From the sequence record LT603033: a stretch of 64,000 bases of DNA. One strand, written 5' to 3'. Of the stretch, positions 32,093 to 40,635 are shown one piece after another; position 1 is the stretch's first letter; each line of letters starts with the position of its first letter. Below the pieces are notes generated by a model, which saw only the letters and a list, made by a program, of their open reading frames with translations, searched no databases and was not told the DNA's origin. The stretch comes from Escherichia phage vB_Eco_slurp01. Both the position numbers and the translations under genes were made by a program.

Positions 32093-32157
32093 AGAAAAAA
32101 GTCAAGGCGTTTTTAAAATTATGCGTTAAAAAAATGCATAGGTAATCCCTTGACTTT
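32093..32157. repeat. 13-bp perfect inverted repeat AAAAAAGTCAAGG...CCTTGACTTTTTT flanking a ~40-bp spacer
   Basis: Read directly; sits at the boundary between early region and family B array. Confidence 0.6.
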
Positions 32158-32257
32158 TTTGAAATAAAAGGGATTGGACTATGGCAAAATGCGTAGGGGG
32201 CTAAAGGGCGGGTAACCTTAGCGACTTCGATAAAGGGGTATTACGAATAAAATGTTA

Positions 32258-32285
32258 TTGACTTTTTATATGAATCGTATAAAAT
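32258..32285 (+). promoter_or_regulatory. Promoter at head of family B array
   Basis: TTGACT N16 TAAAAT. Confidence 0.5.
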
Positions 32286-32315
32286 ATGATTGATATTAAT
32301 TTTAAGGGAGTCCCT

Positions 32316-32513
32316 ATGCGTATTTTAACTAAAGAACAGCACCACGAAAGACTTATCAATAACATGGCTATGATAATGTATAAGTCCCATGACCGTGGTA
32401 TTGCCTATAAGCGTGAATTAATTATGGCACTATTCATTGGAACTAACTTTCAGGAAAGGTATGTCAACGATTGGATTTGGTATTTAATTGAAGATATAAC
32501 GAGTAAACTATGA
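32316..32513 (+). CDS. Small protein, tandem paralog family B (C-terminal LGTNYQ-type motif)
   Basis: ORF 32286..32513 trimmed to MRILTKEQ after AAGGGAG; motif FIGTNFQERYV. Confidence 0.6.
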   Translation: MRILTKEQHHERLINNMAMIMYKSHDRGIAYKRELIMALFIGTNFQERYVNDWIWYLIEDITSKL

Positions 32514-32710
32514 AAATGCGTATTTTAAATAAAGAAGAATATCAATCACTGTTACGTAAAAACTACGTAAAGATTTACAACACAGACACACATGTAGAAC
32601 GAATGGAGTTATACCTTTTGATTACATTGGGAACAAACTATCAGGGTAGATGGGTGTGGCAATATATGGATACATTGAAAAATAAAATATTGTCCACGAG
32701 GAAACAATGA
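32510..32710 (+). CDS. Family B small protein
   Basis: ORF track; ATGA overlap; LGTNYQGRWV. Confidence 0.6.
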   Translation: MKMRILNKEEYQSLLRKNYVKIYNTDTHVERMELYLLITLGTNYQGRWVWQYMDTLKNKILSTRKQ

Positions 32711-32916
32711 AAACTATAACACGAACCCAATCATACGGTCTTATCTTGAAATACATGGACTTAATGGTGGATATCAGCAAAGACCTGCCTAAAACTGAAA
32801 TTGAAGTTGCAAGAGCAGAGATCCGCATGTTGGCTGTACTGAACACAAACCATCAGGAAGATTATGTTGAAGAATGGATTCGATTTTTAATAGAAGATAT
32901 TAAGAGTAAAATATGA
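32707..32916 (+). CDS. Family B small protein
   Basis: ORF track; LNTNHQEDYV. Confidence 0.6.
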   Translation: MKTITRTQSYGLILKYMDLMVDISKDLPKTEIEVARAEIRMLAVLNTNHQEDYVEEWIRFLIEDIKSKI

Positions 32917-33128
32917 TTATTATAGAAAACTCATATCAATATACTGAACGCATCGCTGCCAGACAACTTGAAATCCTCATAATATACGAAGAGACGTCTG
33001 ATTTAAACTTAGCCGAGGTATTGGAAAATGAAATACTTTTGGGTGCATTCTTGGGAACAGACTATCAGGAGTATTATGAGGAAAAGTATTTGTCATCTCT
33101 TGAGAAATACATCAGGAGCAAATTATGA
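32913..33128 (+). CDS. Family B small protein
   Basis: ORF track; LGTDYQEYYE. Confidence 0.6.
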   Translation: MIIIENSYQYTERIAARQLEILIIYEETSDLNLAEVLENEILLGAFLGTDYQEYYEEKYLSSLEKYIRSKL

Positions 33129-33337
33129 TTATATTAACACCTGAAGAATATAAGAAACGTTTTAATTCTGTCCAGACTGAAATATTACTTATATACCTTT
33201 CAAATGCAGACCTTAACTTATCAAGGGCAATGGAGAAGGATTTACTTATGGGTGCATTTTTGGATACAGACTTTCAGGAGTATTATGTAGGGAAATACTT
33301 AATTGAACTTCAGAACTACATTAAGAGTAAACTATGA
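33125..33337 (+). CDS. Family B small protein
   Basis: ORF track; LDTDFQEYYV. Confidence 0.6.
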   Translation: MIILTPEEYKKRFNSVQTEILLIYLSNADLNLSRAMEKDLLMGAFLDTDFQEYYVGKYLIELQNYIKSKL

Positions 33338-33561
33338 AACATTTAAGTAATATTGAGAAGATGAGAATTATCATTGATGCATTAAACAAATACGATACCC
33401 TTTTACAAATAAAAGGTTTAACTCGATTGGAACACAAGATAAACACCACCGATGTACGCATGTTGGCTGTACTGGGGACGAACTTCCAGGAAGAGTATGT
33501 TATTGCACACATAGTTGCACTCAAGAATTACATTATGGACAAATGTAATGAACATCATTAA
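33334..33561 (+). CDS. Family B small protein
   Basis: ORF track; LGTNFQEEYV. Confidence 0.6.
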   Translation: MKHLSNIEKMRIIIDALNKYDTLLQIKGLTRLEHKINTTDVRMLAVLGTNFQEEYVIAHIVALKNYIMDKCNEHH

Positions 33562-33772
33562 TAACTTTGAATACGAGGCCCGTGCTAAGAGTGCCAGAAA
33601 AAAAGAGAACACCATTTACTTCACTATGATGTACTTACAATGGACTGAAATTGAAGAAAAGGTTGCTGAAGTATGGATGTTGGAATTCATGGGGACGCAG
33701 TATCAGAATAGGTTTGCGGGTGAGTATATCGATGTTCTTATGAAACAAATAGAAAGAAAGGAAAAGAACTAA
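33548..33772 (+). CDS. Family B small protein
   Basis: ORF 33515..33772 trimmed; MGTQYQNRFA. Confidence 0.5.
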   Translation: MNIINNFEYEARAKSARKKENTIYFTMMYLQWTEIEEKVAEVWMLEFMGTQYQNRFAGEYIDVLMKQIERKEKN

Positions 33773-33930
33773 TGGTTTTCATTAACATATCTGACCAACT
33801 CGATACTAAACTAGAAGTCGAGCAGAGTGAGGGATGGATGCTGTACTTTCTTGGAACTTCTCATCAAAATTTTTATATCCATGAACACATAGTTGCACTC
33901 ACAAATCTAATAAGGGATAAATGTAAATGA
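33772..33930 (+). CDS. Family B small protein (52 aa, below ORF-track cutoff)
   Basis: Own translation MVFINISDQLDTKLEVEQSEGWMLYFLGTSHQNFYIHEHIVAL... Confidence 0.5.
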   Translation: MVFINISDQLDTKLEVEQSEGWMLYFLGTSHQNFYIHEHIVALTNLIRDKCK

Positions 33931-34184
33931 AACACTTGACGGACGATGAATATTCACTTAGAATTCGAAAGCTCACCCCAGAAGCAAGAGTAATCTACGA
34001 TGACGATGCACTTTCATGGAACGAGATGAAAGTTAAAGTTCATGAGCTATGGTTGCTGTACTTTGTGGGAACCCAATATCAAGAGAAATATTGTACCGAT
34101 TATCTTGAACAACTAATGGATTTTATACAGATAAAACTAAATGAACGAATTGTGGAAAAATATGAAAACTTTATCAAGCACTGA
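33927..34184 (+). CDS. Family B small protein
   Basis: ORF track; VGTQYQEKYC. Confidence 0.6.
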   Translation: MKHLTDDEYSLRIRKLTPEARVIYDDDALSWNEMKVKVHELWLLYFVGTQYQEKYCTDYLEQLMDFIQIKLNERIVEKYENFIKH

Positions 34185-34413
34185 GTATCAGACTGCCCTC
34201 TTCTCTCTTCTAAACACCCTTCGCACTAACAATAAACTTTATAATTCCCGTGAAGCTGATATCGTCAACGCTGATGTATATCTTAATAAATTCATAGGGA
34301 CTAACTATCAAGAACTGTTCACTCTACGATATATCTCTGCATTGAGAAACGAAATATCAGATAAAACCCGCCAAGCCAGAAGAGAATGGAATAAACAATG
34401 CGACAAAGACTAA
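34162..34413 (+). CDS. Family B small protein
   Basis: ORF 34141..34413, start ambiguous (34141 or 34162); IGTNYQELF. Confidence 0.5.
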   Translation: MKTLSSTEYQTALFSLLNTLRTNNKLYNSREADIVNADVYLNKFIGTNYQELFTLRYISALRNEISDKTRQARREWNKQCDKD

Positions 34414-34646
34414 ATCACAAAATGTATTGTAAACTATTGCAGACACTGGCACAGAAACACTATGACACGGTATCTGAAATATTACCCTATGATATCATGC
34501 GTTTACTTCACTGTGAAGCCGAGATGCTTGTACTGATGACAGGCACTGATAAAACAGCAATCGCCAGATCGATAGAGCAATATATTGATGCACACTACCA
34601 ACACATGAGAACCGAAATCTGGAGGAAAGAGAATGATAATTCTTAA
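34398..34646 (+). CDS. Family B-related small protein
   Basis: ORF track; divergent motif MTGTDKTAIARSIEQYI. Confidence 0.55.
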   Translation: MRQRLNHKMYCKLLQTLAQKHYDTVSEILPYDIMRLLHCEAEMLVLMTGTDKTAIARSIEQYIDAHYQHMRTEIWRKENDNS

Positions 34647-34848
34647 TGAGTATCAGTATCATTGGAGGTTACAAACTATCAAATCAAAAGTGTATAGTAT
34701 TGTGTTAAACAAATCTATTGCACAAGAGGACAAATGTGTTATAATAGCTGAAATGAAGTTGGGTGTATTCGTAGGGACAAACTATCAAAACATCTACACT
34801 GACGTATTATTAAGTTCCTTACGTAACAAGGTGGTATCCAAAATATGA
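34633..34848 (+). CDS. Family B small protein
   Basis: ORF track; VGTNYQNIYT. Confidence 0.6.
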   Translation: MIILNEYQYHWRLQTIKSKVYSIVLNKSIAQEDKCVIIAEMKLGVFVGTNYQNIYTDVLLSSLRNKVVSKI

Positions 34849-35063
34849 GAAATTTACAAGGCTTTGAATACATCAGACTCCTGAAAACATGTGGAAGCAG
34901 AAGGAGAATGATATCAAGCGATAAGAGCATCCAAGCTAACCTTAAGCACGCACTAGTAACTGAACTCTATGTAGGTGCACTCTTAGGCACAAACTATCAA
35001 CAAATGTATGTAGATCTATGGATTGACGCTCTACAGAAAGAGGTTAAAAGTAAATGCAAATGA
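34845..35063 (+). CDS. Family B small protein
   Basis: ORF track; LGTNYQQMYV. Confidence 0.6.
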   Translation: MRNLQGFEYIRLLKTCGSRRRMISSDKSIQANLKHALVTELYVGALLGTNYQQMYVDLWIDALQKEVKSKCK

Positions 35064-35272
35064 TTAATTTAAGTAAAGACGAATTTTATGTTATACTGGC
35101 GAAAACTTATCCAGCACGTAAGGCCGTTTATGATAGTCACATTATTGAACCCTCAAAGAAGTTGATTTTAGTAAATGAGATAAAGATGCTTTCAGTCTTA
35201 GGAACAAACTATCAAGAGAATGCTGTACTGATGTTAATTGATGCCCTCCAGCGAGAGGTTAAACGTAAATGA
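35054..35272 (+). CDS. Family B small protein
   Basis: ORF track; LGTNYQENAV. Confidence 0.6.
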   Translation: MQMINLSKDEFYVILAKTYPARKAVYDSHIIEPSKKLILVNEIKMLSVLGTNYQENAVLMLIDALQREVKRK

Positions 35273-35499
35273 AAATGATTCATTTAACTTACCATGAATA
35301 TCAAAAACGTTTAAATGCATCCAGAGATATAAGGATTCAAATATTCAATAACAAAAGATTGAAGCCTGATATCAGAAAAATCAAAATTATAGAAGCAGAG
35401 TTATGCAACTTTCTAGGGACCAACTATCAGGCAGGTAAGGTAAAAAACTATCTTAGAGAACTAATGAATAGTATTGAAAATAAATGTAAGGGTAATTAA
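35269..35499 (+). CDS. Family B small protein
   Basis: ORF track; LGTNYQAGKV. Confidence 0.6.
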   Translation: MKMIHLTYHEYQKRLNASRDIRIQIFNNKRLKPDIRKIKIIEAELCNFLGTNYQAGKVKNYLRELMNSIENKCKGN

Positions 35500-35500
35500 C

Positions 35501-35740
35501 ATGAAAATGATTAAATTATCTCAAGCAAAATATAAAGAACGCCTGGTAAAAATTGCACCTGGACTTAATGAAATCCATCACGGAGAAGTCATTAAACACG
35601 GAAATAAGATGATTATGAAACTTGAGTTAAAGGTGGGTGCATTCATAGGAACAAACTATCAGGAGTATTATGTAGATGAATACATAATCGCACTTAAGAG
35701 ATATATTGGAAGAAAACTATATCTACAAACTAAAGAATAG
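35501..35740 (+). CDS. Family B small protein
   Basis: ORF 35474..35740 (TTG) trimmed to ATG; IGTNYQEYYV. Confidence 0.55.
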   Translation: MKMIKLSQAKYKERLVKIAPGLNEIHHGEVIKHGNKMIMKLELKVGAFIGTNYQEYYVDEYIIALKRYIGRKLYLQTKE

Positions 35741-35769
35741 TATTGAAAATAAATGTGAGGTTGATGAAC

Positions 35770-36033
35770 ATGCAAATGATCAATTTAAGTAAAGATGAAT
35801 ATACCGAGCGTATGACAAAAATTACGCACAAACGTAATACAATCTATCACAACCCAGAAATTCAACACAGTAAGAAAATGATTATGATGCGTGAGTTAAA
35901 GATGGGTGTATTCTTAGGAACAAACTATCAAGATACAGAAGTAAATCGCTTAATCGCGGAGTTACTACTGGAAATCAGAGGTAAGCTGTACTTTCATCAA
36001 ATGACCCAACCACTGAGGTGTACTAAGAAATGA
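35770..36033 (+). CDS. Family B small protein
   Basis: Trimmed to MQMINLSKDEY; upstream 35716-35762 duplicates 35458-35503. Confidence 0.55.
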   Translation: MQMINLSKDEYTERMTKITHKRNTIYHNPEIQHSKKMIMMRELKMGVFLGTNYQDTEVNRLIAELLLEIRGKLYFHQMTQPLRCTKK

Positions 36034-36245
36034 TCAACATCACATTGCAAGAAAGATTCATCCGAATCAACTATGCAATTACCAAATTAGATGCTACTAT
36101 AGGATTCCAAAGTCTACCATACAAAACCAGATTGTTATTAGAGTGTGAAGCTAAGTTGGGTGTACTGTTAGGGACGCAACACCAACAACGATATGTGGAA
36201 ATCTGGATTGACCTTTTAACCCAAAATATATATGAGAGAATGTAA
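36030..36245 (+). CDS. Family B small protein
   Basis: ORF track; LGTQHQQRYV. Confidence 0.6.
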   Translation: MINITLQERFIRINYAITKLDATIGFQSLPYKTRLLLECEAKLGVLLGTQHQQRYVEIWIDLLTQNIYERM

Positions 36246-36476
36246 ATGCAAAATGAAATGATATACTTAACGAATGAAGAATTTCAAGAGAAGATGTTAA
36301 AAACCAAAAACATTACTCTTAAGTTCGGTCCAAATCAATCAATATCTGAAGTATCTGCAAATGTATTGTTTCAGAAGCTACCATACGTTCTTGGAACTGA
36401 TAAACAAGAATTTATGGTTCAAAATATGATTGAACATCTTATGATGAGTATTAAGGAAAAAGTAAATGCAAAATGA
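36246..36476 (+). CDS. Family B-related small protein
   Basis: ORF track; LGTDKQEFMV. Confidence 0.6.
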   Translation: MQNEMIYLTNEEFQEKMLKTKNITLKFGPNQSISEVSANVLFQKLPYVLGTDKQEFMVQNMIEHLMMSIKEKVNAK

Positions 36477-36720
36477 AATGATATACTTAACCTATAATGA
36501 ATACGTCGAGAGATTAGTTCGTGCCAAGAGATATACCAATAAACGTCCAATTGACCTAAACCAAACCCCAGCAGAAAGGAGTGCAGAAGTATTATTCCAA
36601 TCACTACCATACCTTCTTGGAACTGATAGACAAGAGGAATATGTTGCACGTATGATTAGATATCTTAAAATCACTATTAAGGAAAAAGTAAATGCAAATG
36701 AAATACTTAACAGACGATGA
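36466..36720 (+). CDS. Family B-related small protein
   Basis: ORF track; LGTDRQEEYV; same first 9 codons as 36246. Confidence 0.6.
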   Translation: MQNEMIYLTYNEYVERLVRAKRYTNKRPIDLNQTPAERSAEVLFQSLPYLLGTDRQEEYVARMIRYLKITIKEKVNANEILNRR

Positions 36721-36943
36721 GTTAAAAGAACGACTAATTAAATCAAGAAAACATACAAATCAACTTCCAAACGACACAAACAAGTCTCCAGCGGAAAGGA
36801 GTGCAGAAGTTTTATACATTCAACTCATGTACTTTCTTGGCACTGACAGACAAGAGTATTACATTGAAAGTATGCTTCGATATCTTAAATTCTCTATAAA
36901 GGAAAAGATACATGATCAAGTATTTAAAAATCCTAACAGTTAA
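36692..36943 (+). CDS. Family B-related small protein
   Basis: ORF track; LGTDRQEYYI. Confidence 0.6.
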   Translation: MQMKYLTDDELKERLIKSRKHTNQLPNDTNKSPAERSAEVLYIQLMYFLGTDRQEYYIESMLRYLKFSIKEKIHDQVFKNPNS

Positions 36944-37154
36944 TGAATATCATAAGATTGTAATGAAAACTAATAGTGATTACGCTAAAAAATCAAACCC
37001 AAAGTACATACTGGAACACACATTTGAAGAACGTCAATTAGCTTTAGTTGAAGCAAAACTTCTTGCACTCCTAGGAACAAACTATCAGGAAGAATACATC
37101 AGAAAACTAATATACCTTTTAACTAAACATATAAGAAAAAGAAAAAATGCATGA
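36912..37154 (+). CDS. Family B small protein
   Basis: ORF track; LGTNYQEEYI. Confidence 0.6.
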   Translation: MIKYLKILTVNEYHKIVMKTNSDYAKKSNPKYILEHTFEERQLALVEAKLLALLGTNYQEEYIRKLIYLLTKHIRKRKNA

Positions 37155-37381
37155 AACACTTGACAGATGATGAACATGGACTTATAGTAATGGATGTAAT
37201 CAACATCGAATACAAAAAGTTGATACGCTACCGTTGTTATGAAGATAAGCAACTCGTTCTAGCAGAACAGAAGTTGTTTCGACTCTTAAACACAAACTTC
37301 CAAGCACAATACGAAGAATCGTATATGTACCTTTTGGCGAGGAAAGCAAAAAGAGATTATGAAAATTTTAAGCAAAGGTGA
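37151..37381 (+). CDS. Family B small protein
   Basis: ORF track; LNTNFQAQYE. Confidence 0.6.
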   Translation: MKHLTDDEHGLIVMDVINIEYKKLIRYRCYEDKQLVLAEQKLFRLLNTNFQAQYEESYMYLLARKAKRDYENFKQR

Positions 37382-37580
37382 TTCAGTAATATTACTTATA
37401 GAGAGTTCAAGTAAATTCTTAAACATAACACTGTCTGATATAGATGAAGATGACAAAGAAGTACTGAGAGCAGATTTAAGAGTACTGTTACATATCGGAA
37501 CAAACCTACAAGAAGAATATGTAGAGTGCTACATTAATGAACTTAAAGAATCAGTACTGAGAAAATGCAAATGCAAATGA
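37359..37580 (+). CDS. Family B small protein
   Basis: ORF track; IGTNLQEEYV. Confidence 0.55.
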   Translation: MKILSKGDSVILLIESSSKFLNITLSDIDEDDKEVLRADLRVLLHIGTNLQEEYVECYINELKESVLRKCKCK

Positions 37581-37804
37581 AAATCATTTCACCCACAGAA
37601 TACAACCAACTATTAAGTAGTTTAATTCTAAAGCTGTTTATAACAAAAAGCATGAAATTACCAGATGATGAAATAAGTATTCTAGTAAGTGAAATCTATG
37701 TTCAAGCTACACTAGGGACTAACTATCAAGAATGCAATATTAATGATTACATCAATGAACTAAAAAGGTTTATCCAATGCAAATGCGAATCATTACCGAA
37801 GTAG
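37565..37804 (+). CDS. Family B small protein
   Basis: ORF track; LGTNYQECNI. Confidence 0.6.
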   Translation: MQMQMKIISPTEYNQLLSSLILKLFITKSMKLPDDEISILVSEIYVQATLGTNYQECNINDYINELKRFIQCKCESLPK

Positions 37805-38019
37805 AATACCTAACAATCATAAATGGACTGTTTTCGAAGTTATTTGCCATTAACACATCAAAACTTCCAGATTCTGATAAAATTATTAAGTTAAATGAAA
37901 TCTACGTTCAAGCTACTCTAGGAACAAACTATCAAGAAGCCAATGTGTATAATTACATTAATACACTCAAAAGGGTAATACAATTAAAATGCACAGACAG
38001 CACACACACAAACCCCTAG
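37777..38019 (+). CDS. Family B small protein
   Basis: ORF track; LGTNYQEANV; close paralog of 37565. Confidence 0.6.
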   Translation: MQMRIITEVEYLTIINGLFSKLFAINTSKLPDSDKIIKLNEIYVQATLGTNYQEANVYNYINTLKRVIQLKCTDSTHTNP

Positions 38020-38219
38020 GAACAGCAGAATACATTGAACTAATGGCTGCAAACTTCTCATCCTTTAAGAAACTGATGCAAGAATCAAAGAATGATTTAG
38101 AATATCACATCAAAAGTTCAGATTTAAGATTGCTACTCACTCTAGGAACAGATTCCCAAGAGCGATTTGTCAATGAGCATATTAGAGCACTTTTAAATGG
38201 CATCAGGAATAAACTATGA
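37989..38219 (+). CDS. Family B small protein
   Basis: ORF track; LGTDSQERFV. Confidence 0.6.
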   Translation: MHRQHTHKPLGTAEYIELMAANFSSFKKLMQESKNDLEYHIKSSDLRLLLTLGTDSQERFVNEHIRALLNGIRNKL

Positions 38220-38431
38220 AGGAAATATCAAATCAAGAGTACTTGGCACTATTCAGGAAGAATAATCACAAATATATGGCACTTGATTCAAGAACTGATA
38301 TAAGTGAACTTGAAAAAAATCTTTTGCGTTCAGAGATGATAGTACTGACACTCTTAGGAACACAGCATCAAGAGAGAACTGTTAATTCACACATAGGGAT
38401 TCTTATGCAGATAGTTCAGGAAAAGATATGA
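38216..38431 (+). CDS. Family B small protein
   Basis: ORF track; LGTQHQERTV. Confidence 0.6.
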   Translation: MKEISNQEYLALFRKNNHKYMALDSRTDISELEKNLLRSEMIVLTLLGTQHQERTVNSHIGILMQIVQEKI

Positions 38432-38649
38432 GAATCATAACACAACAAGATATTCTTAAGTTCACAAGGGTTCATGCATCTGAATTTGATGCTATATTAT
38501 CAAAAAGTTACAACAACCCTTATACACAAGATGTACATTACAGTGAATTATGGATGTATATACTTTTAGGTACAAATAAGCAAGAGCAAGCCGTACAGAA
38601 GTATTTGACAGCTTTACGTGATGCTACTGCTAATGGAGTATGTGTTTAA
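38428..38649 (+). CDS. Family B small protein
   Basis: ORF track; LGTNKQEQAV. Confidence 0.6.
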   Translation: MRIITQQDILKFTRVHASEFDAILSKSYNNPYTQDVHYSELWMYILLGTNKQEQAVQKYLTALRDATANGVCV

Positions 38650-38650
38650 T

Positions 38651-38893
38651 ATGAAAGTACTGACAGAACTAGAAATGTATCATAGATTTAATAAGTACTA
38701 TCATTTACTTAAGCCTATACAGAGGATTAAATGTCCATTTGAAGAGAAACAGGTTTTAATCTATGAGCACAAGTTCTTTGTATCATTAGGTACAGATCAA
38801 CAAGAGTACTATTTGACGTTGTACTTGATTACATTAATAGATTTAATTCACTATAAAACCAAACAAGCTAATAAAGAGAAATATGAAAACTAA
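38651..38893 (+). CDS. Family B small protein
   Basis: ORF 38618..38893 trimmed; LGTDQQEYYL. Confidence 0.55.
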   Translation: MKVLTELEMYHRFNKYYHLLKPIQRIKCPFEEKQVLIYEHKFFVSLGTDQQEYYLTLYLITLIDLIHYKTKQANKEKYEN

Positions 38894-39227
38894 TATACAA
38901 CTCAAGGTATATAAATCATTTGAACATACATATATCAAAAGTAGTCTATGTAGAGATGTAATGGATTACAAGGGTAAGCCATTCACAATTACCTATGATT
39001 CTTATGTTAGTGATTTATATATATCATTTGTTAATTACGAAAATAAAATATACAAGCACGTTGATATTAAAGATTTAAGTACTTTATCACCAGAGGAATA
39101 CTTTCAGGAATCATTAGTATGGGATTTAGAGTTTCCTATGCCATTAGTACATAAGATGATAGTACTAATGAAAGAATCTAAACAGGAGCCTAATGGTGAT
39201 TATGAAGAACACACAGTTGAGTACTGA
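38883..39227 (+). CDS. Family C protein (E-E-x-[YF]-F-Q-x-S-L-V motif)
   Basis: ORF track; SPEEYFQESLVWD. Confidence 0.65.
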   Translation: MKTNIQLKVYKSFEHTYIKSSLCRDVMDYKGKPFTITYDSYVSDLYISFVNYENKIYKHVDIKDLSTLSPEEYFQESLVWDLEFPMPLVHKMIVLMKESKQEPNGDYEEHTVEY

Positions 39228-39588
39228 TAATATTAAGAGTTATACAAGCTCAAGTACTGTGACAATCGAAGTGAATTCTATTAATGCTGGTAATGCAGTA
39301 GATAAGTTCTTTATTGCTCAAGGGTACAGGAAAGATATTCATCAATATTGTTCAGTATATGGGGAGTACAATAGTACTGAAGATATAATTTATTGGTCAA
39401 CACATCAAGATTATCTAACTAAAATTGGCGTTCCAGATGTTAGTACTTTATCTGAAGAAGAATACTTTCAGTACAGCTTAGTACATGATGTACCTATACC
39501 TTTAGGGTTAATCAAGGGTATACAGGAAGAGGTTCATAAGCTTAAATCCATGAGTAAAGGTACTTTCATTAGAACAGTGCAATACTAG
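39193..39588 (+). CDS. Family C protein
   Basis: ORF track; SEEEYFQYSLVHD; start 39193 or 39202. Confidence 0.6.
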   Translation: MVIMKNTQLSTDNIKSYTSSSTVTIEVNSINAGNAVDKFFIAQGYRKDIHQYCSVYGEYNSTEDIIYWSTHQDYLTKIGVPDVSTLSEEEYFQYSLVHDVPIPLGLIKGIQEEVHKLKSMSKGTFIRTVQY

Positions 39589-39589
39589 C

Positions 39590-39618
39590 TTGACAGTACT
39601 TTTCATTACTGATATAGT
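39590..39618 (+). promoter_or_regulatory. Internal promoter within family C array
   Basis: TTGACA N17 TATAGT. Confidence 0.55.
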
Positions 39619-39649
39619 ACCTGTACGTTAATCATTAGGGTAGAAAATT

Positions 39650-39895
39650 ATGTTAAATTTTTTAAATTTCCTTATCGTCTTGTGTATTGTTCTTGGGATT
39701 GCACCATTTGTATTATATTTCATGGATTCAGATGAAATGCAGAAGATGAATTGCACAAGGACAGGACAGAGTAGAGTAGAGACGATTCTTATGCCTGTTA
39801 CGGTTATTGTTAACAACATGCCCATTACGAACATGGTCCCTACCCTAACGACAACGTACCAGTACTCTTGTGCTGACGGAGAGAGGTGGAGATGA
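39650..39895 (+). CDS. Small putative membrane/secreted protein (81 aa)
   Basis: ORF track; hydrophobic N-terminus MLNFLNFLIVLCIVLGIAPFVLYF; own promoter. Confidence 0.6.
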   Translation: MLNFLNFLIVLCIVLGIAPFVLYFMDSDEMQKMNCTRTGQSRVETILMPVTVIVNNMPITNMVPTLTTTYQYSCADGERWR

Positions 39896-40203
39896 AATTT
39901 AATATAGCAAAAACATCTAATATATGTATATTTGGTTATGCCGAAGAGTTGGGTGATATTGACATTCTTTTGTACAAAAAGGATGGTGTTATGCATTTCA
40001 AGTACCAGGATGAAGAGGCAGACAATTATCTTTTACCTAATTTAGTACAAATGCAGGAAGATGAATTATTCCAGTACAGCTTAGTATACGACATTGATAT
40101 TTGCACGATGCCAGTACTAATTAGTATTCAAAAAGTGATGCTCGATATGTATGATAAGCTAATACAAGGTATGTCAGGGAGGATCATTGAAATTGACATA
40201 TAA
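39886..40203 (+). CDS. Family C protein
   Basis: ORF track; EDELFQYSLVYD. Confidence 0.65.
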   Translation: MEMKFNIAKTSNICIFGYAEELGDIDILLYKKDGVMHFKYQDEEADNYLLPNLVQMQEDELFQYSLVYDIDICTMPVLISIQKVMLDMYDKLIQGMSGRIIEIDI

Positions 40204-40399
40204 GAATATACCTAATGCATATGAAATGAAGTACAGGGAGTTTATTAAAAATGTACACACCGATCCTTTTAATATCAAAATATCAGATTTTGATGTATTA
40301 TTTTATCTAGGGACAATAGCACAGGATCAATGCGTTGATAAGCTCATATGGTCCTTGAAAATGGAGATACAATGCAGACCCAAATATATAAAAAGGTAG
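40187..40399 (+). CDS. Family B-like small protein inside family C array (TTG start)
   Basis: ORF track; GGGAGG RBS 4 nt before TTG; YLGTIAQDQCV. Confidence 0.45.
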   Translation: MKLTYKNIPNAYEMKYREFIKNVHTDPFNIKISDFDVLFYLGTIAQDQCVDKLIWSLKMEIQCRPKYIKR

Positions 40400-40635
40400 A
40401 TTCTTTATTGTACGCTTCAAAGTACAGGGATTTTTGTTTACGAGGGGGAGAGGAAGATTTCTCTCTGAGATTATCTGAATTTAATATGTTATTTTATCTT
40501 GGTACAAAAGATCAAGAAGATACAGTACAGAAATTTATCAAGCACCTTGAACAAAAAATTCATATGCAAATTTTTATGCTTAAGGTACATAATGAGATAA
40601 ACAAATATGAACCCAACAATAGTACAGGATCTTAA
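40372..40635 (+). CDS. Family B-like small protein inside family C array
   Basis: ORF 40348..40635 trimmed; YLGTKDQEDTV. Confidence 0.5.
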   Translation: MQTQIYKKVDSLLYASKYRDFCLRGGEEDFSLRLSEFNMLFYLGTKDQEDTVQKFIKHLEQKIHMQIFMLKVHNEINKYEPNNSTGS

